A stretch of DNA of 64,000 bases. Origin: Gemmatimonadota bacterium. GTDB taxonomy: Bacteria > Gemmatimonadota > Gemmatimonadetes > Palauibacterales > Palauibacteraceae. The stretch lies in the NCBI GenBank assembly GCA_039586095.1, contig JBDHLB010000015.1, positions 2,349 through 66,348 on the forward strand. Direction: 5' to 3'. The notes under the pieces are model-generated. The model had not been told where the DNA came from and made no database searches. It saw nothing but the letters and a program-made list of their open reading frames with translations. Position 1 is the first letter of the stretch. Every line of letters begins with the position of its first letter. The translations under genes and the position numbers were made by a program. Shown piece after piece: positions 29,685-38,457 of this stretch.

Positions 29685-30362
29685 ATGCGTACGCACGCTC
29701 TCATGACCTTCGTCGGTCTGGCCGTGGGGGCCGGCTGCCTCCCTAAACCGGGCCCGCTCGAAGATCCGATGGCCGAGCATTTCGGTCGGGCGAAGATGGT
29801 ACACACGTCCGTTATGTACGGTGATCTGGCACTCGCCCGCGATGCGGCTCGAGGGCTGGCATCGGGTCCTGAGCCGGGTGGTCTGCCTCCAGGCTCCGAG
29901 CCCTTCATCCTCGAGTTGAGAGAGGCAGCGGCCTCGGCGGCAATGGCACAGGACTTCGCGGGTGCTGCACTTGCGGCCGGCTGGATGGCCCGCACGTGCG
30001 GCGAGTGTCACCAGGCGCAGCACGTCGAGCTGAAGCCGGGCGTCTCGTCTCGACCCGAGGGGCCGAGAGAGCTCACGGCCCACATGCAGCGTTACCGGTG
30101 GGCCGTGGACAGAATGTGGGAGGGGGTGATCGGCCCTTCCGAGGCTTCATGGGCCGCAGCCCTCGCGGTCCTCGAGAGCGAGCCGCCGGACGTCACCGAA
30201 CTGGTCGATCGAGGGGTCGGGTATGCGGCGGCGCTGGCTCAGCGCGTCCCCGAGCTCGCCCGCGAAGGACGATCGGCGGGCGACGTGAGCCCACGCTCGG
30301 AGGTGTTCGGGCAACTCCTGGCCGCGTGTGCCGACTGCCACGAGCAGGCGCGCGACTGGTAG
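29685..30362 (+). CDS. Diheme c-type cytochrome lipoprotein (helical, cytochrome c'-like halves), paralog A
   Basis: Lipobox GAGC; CGECH and CADCH each at the end of a helical half; WAVDRMWEG. Confidence 0.75.
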   Translation: MRTHALMTFVGLAVGAGCLPKPGPLEDPMAEHFGRAKMVHTSVMYGDLALARDAARGLASGPEPGGLPPGSEPFILELREAAASAAMAQDFAGAALAAGWMARTCGECHQAQHVELKPGVSSRPEGPRELTAHMQRYRWAVDRMWEGVIGPSEASWAAALAVLESEPPDVTELVDRGVGYAAALAQRVPELAREGRSAGDVSPRSEVFGQLLAACADCHEQARDW

Positions 30363-30372
30363 AAGCACGCGG

Positions 30373-31359
30373 CTACGGCGGCGGATCGTTGGTCGTCGCC
30401 AGCTCCAGGCCCACGTGAAACAGCATCTTCGCGACACGCGCCGTCTTGTCGAAATCGATGAGATCCGCCTCGTCGAACGGGGTATGGTACTGCGTGTGAA
30501 GTCCGCTGTGGAAGAAGAGCGCGGGGACGCCCAACCGGATAAACGCCCACTGGTCGGATCGTCGGATCAGGTTCTGGCCGGGCCACAGGTCTCCGGTCAC
30601 GCTCAGGCCGAGCTCCGGATGGCGGTCGCCGACGGTCTCGGCGAGGCCGCCGATCTCCTCGGATGAGCGCAGAGCCGCGATGCTGCTTGGATCGTTTCGG
30701 CCCACCATGTCCATGTTCACGTTGGCGACGGTGCTTTCGATCGGGAAGGTCGGATTGTCCGTGTAGTGGAAGGCACCCAGCAGGCCGAGTTCCTCCGCGC
30801 TGAGCGCGATGAATACCAGGGACCGACGTGGCCGGGTGTCCAGCGTGGCAAACGCCTCCGCGAGCTCGAGCAGTACCGCCGTACCGGACGCGTTGTCGTC
30901 CGCGCCGTTGTAGATGGAGTCGCCGTCCACCTCGAGCCCGGTGCCGAGGTGATCCATGTGGGCGGTGAAGATCACGTACTCGTCCCGCAGTCCCGGGTCG
31001 GAGCCTTCCAGCCAGCCGATCGTGTTCACGGCGTCGCGGGACTCGACGAGATCGAAACGCTGAAAGAACCCCTCCGTGCCTCCCGGCTGAAGACCCGCGT
31101 CCGCGAAGCGAGACGCGACGTACTCGGCGGTGCTCTCGAGCCCGGGGCTCGGAGTCCTCCGGCCCTGCATCGAATCGTGTGCGATCGTCTCGATGTCCGC
31201 TCGAACGTCCTCGAAGGTGATGCTGGCTATGGCCAGTTCGACCTGGGACGGCGGCGGGGCGATGGGGTCGGACGATTCGCACGCGACCGCGATGAGCAAC
31301 AGGGCCGCGAAGACGGCCGTCCTGGAGCGACCTCGTCGATCTTCGTTTGCGTTTCGCAA
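30373..31359 (-). CDS. M28 family metallopeptidase lipoprotein
   Basis: Lipobox AVAC; TAHMDH, NGADDNASG, AEELGLLG, NMDMVGR, RSDQ, YHTPFD. Confidence 0.9.
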   Translation of the reverse strand: MRNANEDRRGRSRTAVFAALLLIAVACESSDPIAPPPSQVELAIASITFEDVRADIETIAHDSMQGRRTPSPGLESTAEYVASRFADAGLQPGGTEGFFQRFDLVESRDAVNTIGWLEGSDPGLRDEYVIFTAHMDHLGTGLEVDGDSIYNGADDNASGTAVLLELAEAFATLDTRPRRSLVFIALSAEELGLLGAFHYTDNPTFPIESTVANVNMDMVGRNDPSSIAALRSSEEIGGLAETVGDRHPELGLSVTGDLWPGQNLIRRSDQWAFIRLGVPALFFHSGLHTQYHTPFDEADLIDFDKTARVAKMLFHVGLELATTNDPPP

Positions 31360-31550
31360 CCCTCTCGACTCCCGTTGTCGCGATTGCCTGAGCTCGCCGG
31401 CTGCGAGCGCGTCACCGGGCTGGTATGCGGCCGGCGGCGGAGCGTTCCCGGCGACCCCGGCCGGGCGCCGGGGGTGGACCGGACGCCACCGCGATCCTTA
31501 AGTTCCGTAAGTACCTTGAACAGCGTACGAAAAGGGAGATGGGGGGTTCG

Positions 31551-32234
31551 ATGAATCGCCGGTTTCTGCTGCTCAGCGTGCTGGTTACGGTGCTGCCTTC
31601 CGGCTGTGCGAAGTCCGACGTGCCACCTGTCATGGCCGCCCACTTTACCGAAGGCAACATGGTGCATACCGCGCTCGTCTTCGGGAATCTGGACGAAGCG
31701 AAAGTGCGTGCGCGAGCCCTGGCGGAGACGAGGACGCCCGACGATCTGCCCGATGGCTCGGAACCGTTCATGGATCAGATGCGGATGGCCGCCGCCAGCG
31801 TGGCCGATGCGTGGGTTCCCGAAGGCGCTGCCGTGGCGTCGGGCGAAGTGGCGAGCGCCTGCGGCTCGTGCCACGGCATGTTCGACGCGGGGCCGCAGGT
31901 CGGGCTGGTGTGGGACCCATCCCCTGGCGACGATGCGATCCAGCACATGGATCGCCACCGTTGGGCCGTGGACCGAATGTGGGACGGTCTGATGATCCCG
32001 TCAGACGAATGGTGGGCACGCGGGACGGAAGTGCTACGCGAGGAGCCTCTAGAAGAGCATGTCGTGTCGTCGATGGGAGGCGATAAAGTGGCGCTGGCCG
32101 CCGCACGCGAGGTGCACGAGCTCGGACATGTAGGCCGCGGTCTCACCGATCCGGTGAAACGGGCCGAACTGTATGGGATGGTGATGGCCAAGTGCGTCGA
32201 CTGTCACCAGCGGACGAGAGATACGGAGGATTGA
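31551..32234 (+). CDS. Diheme c-type cytochrome lipoprotein, paralog B
   Basis: Leader ending PSGC; CGSCH and CVDCH; shares MVHT, GSEPF and RWAVDRMW.G with the 29685 protein. Confidence 0.75.
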   Translation: MNRRFLLLSVLVTVLPSGCAKSDVPPVMAAHFTEGNMVHTALVFGNLDEAKVRARALAETRTPDDLPDGSEPFMDQMRMAAASVADAWVPEGAAVASGEVASACGSCHGMFDAGPQVGLVWDPSPGDDAIQHMDRHRWAVDRMWDGLMIPSDEWWARGTEVLREEPLEEHVVSSMGGDKVALAAAREVHELGHVGRGLTDPVKRAELYGMVMAKCVDCHQRTRDTED

Positions 32235-32270
32235 TCGTCCTCCCCGCCTGCGTCGATTTGGCCCTCGCGA

Positions 32271-32697
32271 CTACTCCCGGACCGTAAAACGAACGGTATC
32301 GGCGACCGGCGGCTGTAGCGGCACGTGCAAGTTGTCTCCCGGCACCGCGATGATGCGGTGTTCACGCGGGTCGAGTCCCGTCACCGTGACCTCCGTCTCG
32401 CCGCCACCGAGGTGTAGTATCTCGGGCCCGGCCGGGATCGGGATGTCCCACGCGGTTACGTCTTGATCGATGGACGCGTGGTGGTGCGCGGTGTCGCGTC
32501 GCATCTCCGCGGCCGGCGCGATCTCGATGCCCTCTGCGGCCAGCCGGATCTGAACCGATGTGCTCAGGACTGCCACTCGGACGGAGGGCCCCAGAACCTC
32601 GACGGTACCGGGGGAGCGCGTCGCCAGCGCACCCCGTCGCGATATACCGGGCGGGTATTCCCACCGGAGCTAGCCGGCGATTCTTGATTTGGCACAT
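32271..32697 (-). pseudogene. DUF4399-family lipoprotein, frameshifted
   Basis: Domain AHHH..ID, LHLGGGETE, HRIIAVPGDNLH in the 32271-32576 frame. The leader MCQIKNRR...ATGCAGDALP lies in another frame, offset at a 5-nt homopolymer (32610-32614). Confidence 0.6.
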
Positions 32698-32929
32698 ACT
32701 TCCGGCCCTCCTGCTGGCACGCCGACGACCGAGTGCTATGTGCCAGGCTCTGCGTTCGGCGCTTCGGAAGACAGGTCGAGGCCACTTCTGGCAGGGCCGG
32801 CGGCGGGCAGCTGGCATCGCACACGTCGAATCCTTCTTCTAGTTTCAGACCTTCTGGTTTCAGAGCCACGGCTCCCTCGAGATGCCGGCGCTCCGACCGA
32901 CCCAACACTGGCTCATGAGGGATGACGTC

Positions 32930-34168
32930 ATGCCAGACCCGAAACAACGCTCGATCGCTACCGGTATCATGGGCCAGCGTCCTTGTCGCGTGCTCCGGGG
33001 AATGTGGTTCGTGACCGGCGTTGCGCTGGCAGGAGCCGGCTGCGCCGAGCTGCAGGACGCGACCGCGACACGGGCGTATATTGAGCGGCTCGGGGTCGAC
33101 ACGACGGCGCTGGAGGTCTTCACGCGCTCGGCCGAGCGGATCGAGGGCACGGTCGTGGCGCGAAGTCCGATCACACGGGTCGCGCACTACGCCGCCACGC
33201 TGCGTCCGGACGGATCGGTCTCGAGCCTGGCGGTCGATTTCGAGACGCCCGCCACAAATCCGGACGGGCCGCCCGCCTACCGGCTCCAGGTCACACTGGG
33301 CGCGGACAGCGCCACGATCATGACCATGCGCGGCGATAGAGTCGACACGTCGCGGGTCGCGGTTCCGCCCGGCACGGTGCCAACGGCCGGCCGCGTCAAC
33401 CTGCCGGTCGGGCTGTGGGAGCATGTCACGCGACTCGCGACTGCGGCAGGATCCGACGAGTACCCGTTCGGCGTGCTGCTGGCCCAGGGCCAGGCGAGCC
33501 CCAACGCGGTCCAGCGGGTCGGCGCAGATACGGTAGCCACCAGCTTCTTCGGCAGCCCGATGCTGGTGGAGGTCGACGCGGAGGGACAGATCCTCGGTAT
33601 TACTGGCCGGGAGACGACCTTCAAGATCGACGTCGAACCGGTGACCGACGTCGAGTTCGAGGACTTGAACCGGATGGCGGCGGAGTTCGCCGCCCGTGAC
33701 GCGGCGGGCGAGGGGATGGGCGTGGCGTCCCCGGAGGCGACGGTACAGGTCGAGTCCGGTGGAGCGAAGTTCACGATCCTCTACAGCCAGCCCGCGATGC
33801 GGGGCCGCGAGATCTGGGGCGGCCTCGTCGGATACGATACCGTATGGCGCACGGGGGCCAACGCGGCCACGCATCTTGCGATCTCGCGCGATGTGCGGAT
33901 CGGCGAGGTCGAGGTGCCGGCCGGAAACTACACGCTGTGGACTGCGTTCACACCCCAGAGCGCGACGTTGATCATCAACGAGCAGACCAACATCTGGGGC
34001 ACGGACTACGACGAGTCGTTCGACCTCGCGCGCGTGCCGATGGCGATGGAGATGCTCGATGAACCGCTCGAGCGCTTCACCATCGACGTGCTGCCCACGA
34101 CAGCCGGGGCTGTTCTGCAGTTGAGCTGGGATCGAACTCGGTACTCGGTGCCACTGGTGGTGCGGTGA
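32930..34168 (+). CDS. DUF2911 domain lipoprotein
   Basis: C-terminal YSQPAMRGREIWGGLV.Y..VWRTGANAAT and VPAGNYTLW; lipobox GAGC; start uncertain. Confidence 0.8.
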   Translation: MPDPKQRSIATGIMGQRPCRVLRGMWFVTGVALAGAGCAELQDATATRAYIERLGVDTTALEVFTRSAERIEGTVVARSPITRVAHYAATLRPDGSVSSLAVDFETPATNPDGPPAYRLQVTLGADSATIMTMRGDRVDTSRVAVPPGTVPTAGRVNLPVGLWEHVTRLATAAGSDEYPFGVLLAQGQASPNAVQRVGADTVATSFFGSPMLVEVDAEGQILGITGRETTFKIDVEPVTDVEFEDLNRMAAEFAARDAAGEGMGVASPEATVQVESGGAKFTILYSQPAMRGREIWGGLVGYDTVWRTGANAATHLAISRDVRIGEVEVPAGNYTLWTAFTPQSATLIINEQTNIWGTDYDESFDLARVPMAMEMLDEPLERFTIDVLPTTAGAVLQLSWDRTRYSVPLVVR

Positions 34169-35760
34169 CCAAGGGCGCGAGTGGACGGCTTGTCGTCGGG
34201 CTCTGGCTGCTCGCAGCGGCGCTCCCGCCGGCGCCCGCCCTGGGGCAGGCGGACGGACTGAGTCGGAAGGAGATCGACCGCCTCGCCGCGCTGGAGGAGC
34301 CCGCGGCGATTCGGACGTTCCGCGACTTCCTGCGACTGCCCAACGACGCGCGCTTTCCCGATGACATCAGACGCGTGATCGAATGGTTGGAGCGTGCCTT
34401 CGAGGAGAGAGGTTTCACGACCCGCCGTCTGCCCACGCGCGGGAACGAGCTGCTGCTGGCCGAGCGTCACACGCCCGGTGCGGAGCGCACCGCTCTGATC
34501 TATCTGCAGGCGGATGGACAACCGGTCGACCCGGCCGCGTGGGATCAGGAAAGTCCGTGGAAACCGGTGCTCAAAGCACCCGCGGGAAGTGGTGAGTGGC
34601 AGCCGATCCCGTGGGAACGTCTGAGCGGGGGCAATGCGAGCGACCGCGATCCCGAGTGGCGGATTTTCGCACGCTCTTCATCCGATTCGAAGGGTCCGGT
34701 CGTCCAGTTCCTTTCGAGCGTGAGCGCGCTGAATGCCGCGGGCATCCTGCCCACCGTTCACTTGAAGGTCATCGTGGACACGGAGGAAGAGCTGGGCTCG
34801 CCACCACTCCCGGATGCGGTGGAGCGTTTCCGCGAGGATCTCGCGGCCGACATGCTCGTGATCTTCGACGGCCCTCCACACGCTTCCGGCCAGCCCACGC
34901 TTTCGTTTGGCGCGCGCGGCATCGCGACGATCACGCTCACGGTGTACGGGCCGCGCACGCCACAGCACAGCGGCCACTACGGAAACTACGTGCCGAACCC
35001 GGCCGTCCGGCTGGCTCGCATTCTCGCGTCCATGAAGGACGAGCACGGCCGGGTTACGATACCCGGCTACTACGACGGTGTGAAGCTCGATGAGACAACG
35101 CGGGCCGTGCTCGCGCAGGTGCCCGACGACGCGATCGCGCTCCAGCGAGCCATGGGGATCGGCGGGGCCGACTCTGTGGCCGGCTCGCTTCAGGAGGCGC
35201 TCCAGTACCCGTCCCTGAACGTTCGTGGGCTGCGGGCCGGCTGGGTGGGCGAGCAGGCGCGCACGATCATTCCTTCCGAGGCGACGGCCGAGATCGATGT
35301 CCGCCTGGTCCGGGAGAGCGATCCGGACGGGTTGATCCGCAGCGTACGCCGTCACATCGAAGGGCTCGGCTATCACCTTGTCGATGCCGTACCCACGGCA
35401 GAGGAGAGAGCCCGGTACCCGCGGCTGGCCCGCTTCGAGCACGAGGTTTCGTATGGAGCCTTCCGGACCGAGTTCGATTCCGAACCGGGTCGCTGGCTGA
35501 ACGCCGCGCTGGCCAACCTGTTCGGGAAGGAGCCGATCCGCATTCGTACGATGGGCGGCTCGATTCCGATCAGTCCCTTCGTCAGCGCGCTCGAGGTGCC
35601 GGCCGTCATTGTCCCCACGGTGAATCCGGACAACAACCAACACAGTCCCAACGAGAATCTGCGGCTCGGGGATTTTCTGGGCGGTCTTCGGACCATGATC
35701 GCTGTCCTGACCCAGCCGCTACCCGAACGGAATCCGTCGGGCCAGGGAGGTGGACGTTGA
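34165..35760 (+). CDS. Secreted M20/M25/M40 family metallo-hydrolase
   Basis: QADGQPVD, ARSSSDSKG, DTEEELGS, HSGHYG, QHSPNENL. Confidence 0.88.
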   Translation: MTKGASGRLVVGLWLLAAALPPAPALGQADGLSRKEIDRLAALEEPAAIRTFRDFLRLPNDARFPDDIRRVIEWLERAFEERGFTTRRLPTRGNELLLAERHTPGAERTALIYLQADGQPVDPAAWDQESPWKPVLKAPAGSGEWQPIPWERLSGGNASDRDPEWRIFARSSSDSKGPVVQFLSSVSALNAAGILPTVHLKVIVDTEEELGSPPLPDAVERFREDLAADMLVIFDGPPHASGQPTLSFGARGIATITLTVYGPRTPQHSGHYGNYVPNPAVRLARILASMKDEHGRVTIPGYYDGVKLDETTRAVLAQVPDDAIALQRAMGIGGADSVAGSLQEALQYPSLNVRGLRAGWVGEQARTIIPSEATAEIDVRLVRESDPDGLIRSVRRHIEGLGYHLVDAVPTAEERARYPRLARFEHEVSYGAFRTEFDSEPGRWLNAALANLFGKEPIRIRTMGGSIPISPFVSALEVPAVIVPTVNPDNNQHSPNENLRLGDFLGGLRTMIAVLTQPLPERNPSGQGGGR

Positions 35761-37727
35761 TCATACGCCGACGCGGCACGGGAATTTGGCAACGAGGCTC
35801 CATGCGGGTCGGAGTCTCGGTGGCTCTAGCCCTGTTTGGAGGAGCCTGCGGCGGAGGGCAGGCCGCCCGCGCCCAGGAGGACGGAGAGTTCAGGCCCGCG
35901 GACCGATACGACAAGTCCGAGTACCGGATCGCCATGCGCGACGGTACCGAGCTGTTCACCGCGGTCTACGTTCCGAAGGATCGGAGTCGCACCTACCCGA
36001 TCATGCTCCGGCGCACTCCGTACAGCTGCCGGCCCTATGGGCAGCGTGGGTTCCCGCAGCGCATCGGCCCGTCCCGCTACATGGAGGAGGAAGGATACAT
36101 CTTCGTCTGCCAGGACGTGCGCGGGCGGTACATGTCGGAAGGTCTGTACGACAACATGCGACCGCACGTGCCCGGGGAGGCGGGCATCGATGAATCGTCG
36201 GACACGTACGACACGATCGAGTGGTTGCTGGAGAACGTGGAAGCAAACAACGGCAAGGTCGGCATGTGGGGGATCTCCTACCCGGGCTTCTACGCCGCCG
36301 CCGCCCTTCCGGAGGCTCACCCGGCTCTGGCGGCCTCCTCGCCCCAGGCGCCGATCGCCGACTTCTTCTTCGACGACTTCCACCACCACGGCGCCTACTT
36401 TCTGAGCTACTTCCTGATCACGCCGGTGTTCGGCTACCAGAAGGCCGAACCGACACCGAACCGGTGGTACCCGATGATCCGACCGGAGACCCGGGACGGC
36501 TATGCCTTCTATATGGATCTGGGCCCGCTGTCGAACGCGAGCCGATACTACGGTGAGGACAACTTCTTCTGGCAACAGCTCGTCGAGCACCCGAACTACG
36601 ACGAGTTCTGGCAGCGGCGCAGCATCCTCCCACACCTCACCGATGTGGATCACGCCGTGATGACGGTCGGAGGCTGGTTCGACGCCGAGGATCTGTACGG
36701 CCCGCTCAACATCTACCGCACGCTGGAGGCCGAGAACTCGGGGACGTTCAACGTGCTGGTCATGGGACCGTGGAGCCATGGCGGGTGGTCGCGTGCACGG
36801 TCCCCCCACATGGTGGGCAACATCACGTTCGGAGAGGACATCTCTGGCTGGTACCAGCGCGAGGTCGAAGCACCATTCTTCCGGCACTTCCTGAAAGGCG
36901 AGGGGAGCCCACCCGACTTCGAGGCGCTGGTGTTCGACACCGGCCGCAAGGAGTGGCAAAGTTTCGACGCCTGGCCCCCAGCGGCGGCCGCCACGCAGCG
37001 CCTCTACCTGCGAGGCGGAAAGAGGCTGACGACGGAACCGCCGTCAGGTCGGGAAAGTGAAGCTGGTGCGGAGAGCGAGACGGCCGAAAGGCGGAGTGAG
37101 CCGACCGAGGGCCGCTATACGGAATACGTGAGCGATCCGGACGAGCCGGTGCCGTATACGGAGGCGACACGGATCGTGTTCACGCCACGTCTCTACATGA
37201 CGGAGGACCAGCGTTTTGCGGGCCGGCGACCCGATGTGATCGAGTTTCAGACGGAGGTGCTGGAGGAAGAGCTGACCCTCGCCGGCGATCTGCTCGCCCA
37301 TCTGGCGGTGTCGACAACCGGCACAGACTCGGACTGGGTCGTGAAGCTGATCGACGTGTATCCGCCGGACGAGCCAAACGAGCCCAGCACGCCGGATGGC
37401 GTCGAACTGGGCGGATACGAGCAGATGGTGCGCTCGGAGGTGATCCGTGGCCGGTTCCGCAACAGCTACGAGACGCCCGAGCCGTTCGTTCCGAATGAGG
37501 TCACGACCGTGCGCCTCCCGCTGCAGGACGTGTACCACACCTTCAAGGCGGGGCATCGATTGATGGTGCAGATCCAGAGCACCTGGTTTCCTCTGATCGA
37601 TCGCAACCCGCAGACGTTCGTGCCGAACATCTTCAAGGCCACGGAGGGAGATTTCGCCGCGGCGACTCAGCGCGTGTATCATTCGGCCAGGCATGCCAGC
37701 TTTCTGGAGATGAAGGTGCTGCGCTAG
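35757..37727 (+). CDS. CocE/NonD family hydrolase (peptidase S15; glutaryl-7-ACA-acylase-like)
   Basis: MRDGTEL, RTPY, QDVRGRYMSEG, WGISYPG, GWFDAED, GPWSHG, WFPLIDRNPQ. Confidence 0.92.
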   Translation: MIIRRRGTGIWQRGSMRVGVSVALALFGGACGGGQAARAQEDGEFRPADRYDKSEYRIAMRDGTELFTAVYVPKDRSRTYPIMLRRTPYSCRPYGQRGFPQRIGPSRYMEEEGYIFVCQDVRGRYMSEGLYDNMRPHVPGEAGIDESSDTYDTIEWLLENVEANNGKVGMWGISYPGFYAAAALPEAHPALAASSPQAPIADFFFDDFHHHGAYFLSYFLITPVFGYQKAEPTPNRWYPMIRPETRDGYAFYMDLGPLSNASRYYGEDNFFWQQLVEHPNYDEFWQRRSILPHLTDVDHAVMTVGGWFDAEDLYGPLNIYRTLEAENSGTFNVLVMGPWSHGGWSRARSPHMVGNITFGEDISGWYQREVEAPFFRHFLKGEGSPPDFEALVFDTGRKEWQSFDAWPPAAAATQRLYLRGGKRLTTEPPSGRESEAGAESETAERRSEPTEGRYTEYVSDPDEPVPYTEATRIVFTPRLYMTEDQRFAGRRPDVIEFQTEVLEEELTLAGDLLAHLAVSTTGTDSDWVVKLIDVYPPDEPNEPSTPDGVELGGYEQMVRSEVIRGRFRNSYETPEPFVPNEVTTVRLPLQDVYHTFKAGHRLMVQIQSTWFPLIDRNPQTFVPNIFKATEGDFAAATQRVYHSARHASFLEMKVLR

Positions 37728-37892
37728 GCGGGACCGCGGGCGGAAGCCGGGTGACCTCGGCCTCCCCAACGTGCTTCTCTTGTTGTAATATCGCGCGTGC
37801 TCCAGATTGCAGGATTGAAACTGAAACGGGGCAAAGACGCTGGGGAGCCGGGGCATCGGCGCACGTCCGACGACACGAGCAAGGAGTAGACG

Positions 37893-38351
37893 ATGGCGGA
37901 GCAGGCCAGCGATCGGATCCAGGTAAACCTTCGGTGGATCCAGATCCTAGATAAGATGGAACCGTTCTTCAAGGAAAAGGGCGAGTTCCGGTTCTATCCG
38001 CGAGTGTCCAGCGACAATCGTGGCGGAATCGTGCAGGAGAAGCAGATCCCCGAACAGGGGTTCTGGGCGATCTCCGACCATCCCGCATGGAACAAGGTGG
38101 ACGTGAATCGCGTGATCTTCGAGGGCGAGGTCGACGATCACCTGATCGTGGAGCTGTTCGGCGAGGAACTCGATTCTCTGACGGCCAACGACCAGCTCGA
38201 CCATTACCGGCGTGAGTTCACGGGGCCGGTGGCATCGATGCTCGGCTGGTACGCACCGGGCGAGGACATTCCGGAGGAGGGCGACAGCGAAGCGCGCGAT
38301 CCGGAGAACATGCCCAAGTGGCGGGTCTGCTACACGATCGAGCGCGCCTGA
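37893..38351 (+). CDS. Hypothetical protein (predicted beta-rich, possibly C2-like)
   Basis: AAGGAG RBS, own terminator, typical codon usage. Confidence 0.7.
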   Translation: MAEQASDRIQVNLRWIQILDKMEPFFKEKGEFRFYPRVSSDNRGGIVQEKQIPEQGFWAISDHPAWNKVDVNRVIFEGEVDDHLIVELFGEELDSLTANDQLDHYRREFTGPVASMLGWYAPGEDIPEEGDSEARDPENMPKWRVCYTIERA

Positions 38352-38375
38352 GCGCGGTCCTGCCCCCGGTTTCCA

Positions 38376-38409
38376 AGGGGCGGCCCCGGCGGCCGCCTCT
38401 TTTTTCTTT
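38376..38409 (+). terminator. Rho-independent terminator
   Basis: AGGGGCGGCC-CCGGC-GGCCGCCTCT followed by TTTTTCTTT. Confidence 0.8.
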
Positions 38410-38457
38410 CGGTCCGATCCGCGTATCGATGCCCCGTCGCATGGACGCTGAAGCCTG

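Noticed and set aside
37790-37890. Possible c-di-GMP riboswitch (GGCAAA) upstream of the 152-aa gene
   Set aside because: Could not find the paired GNRA/receptor stems; an Rfam/Infernal scan would be needed
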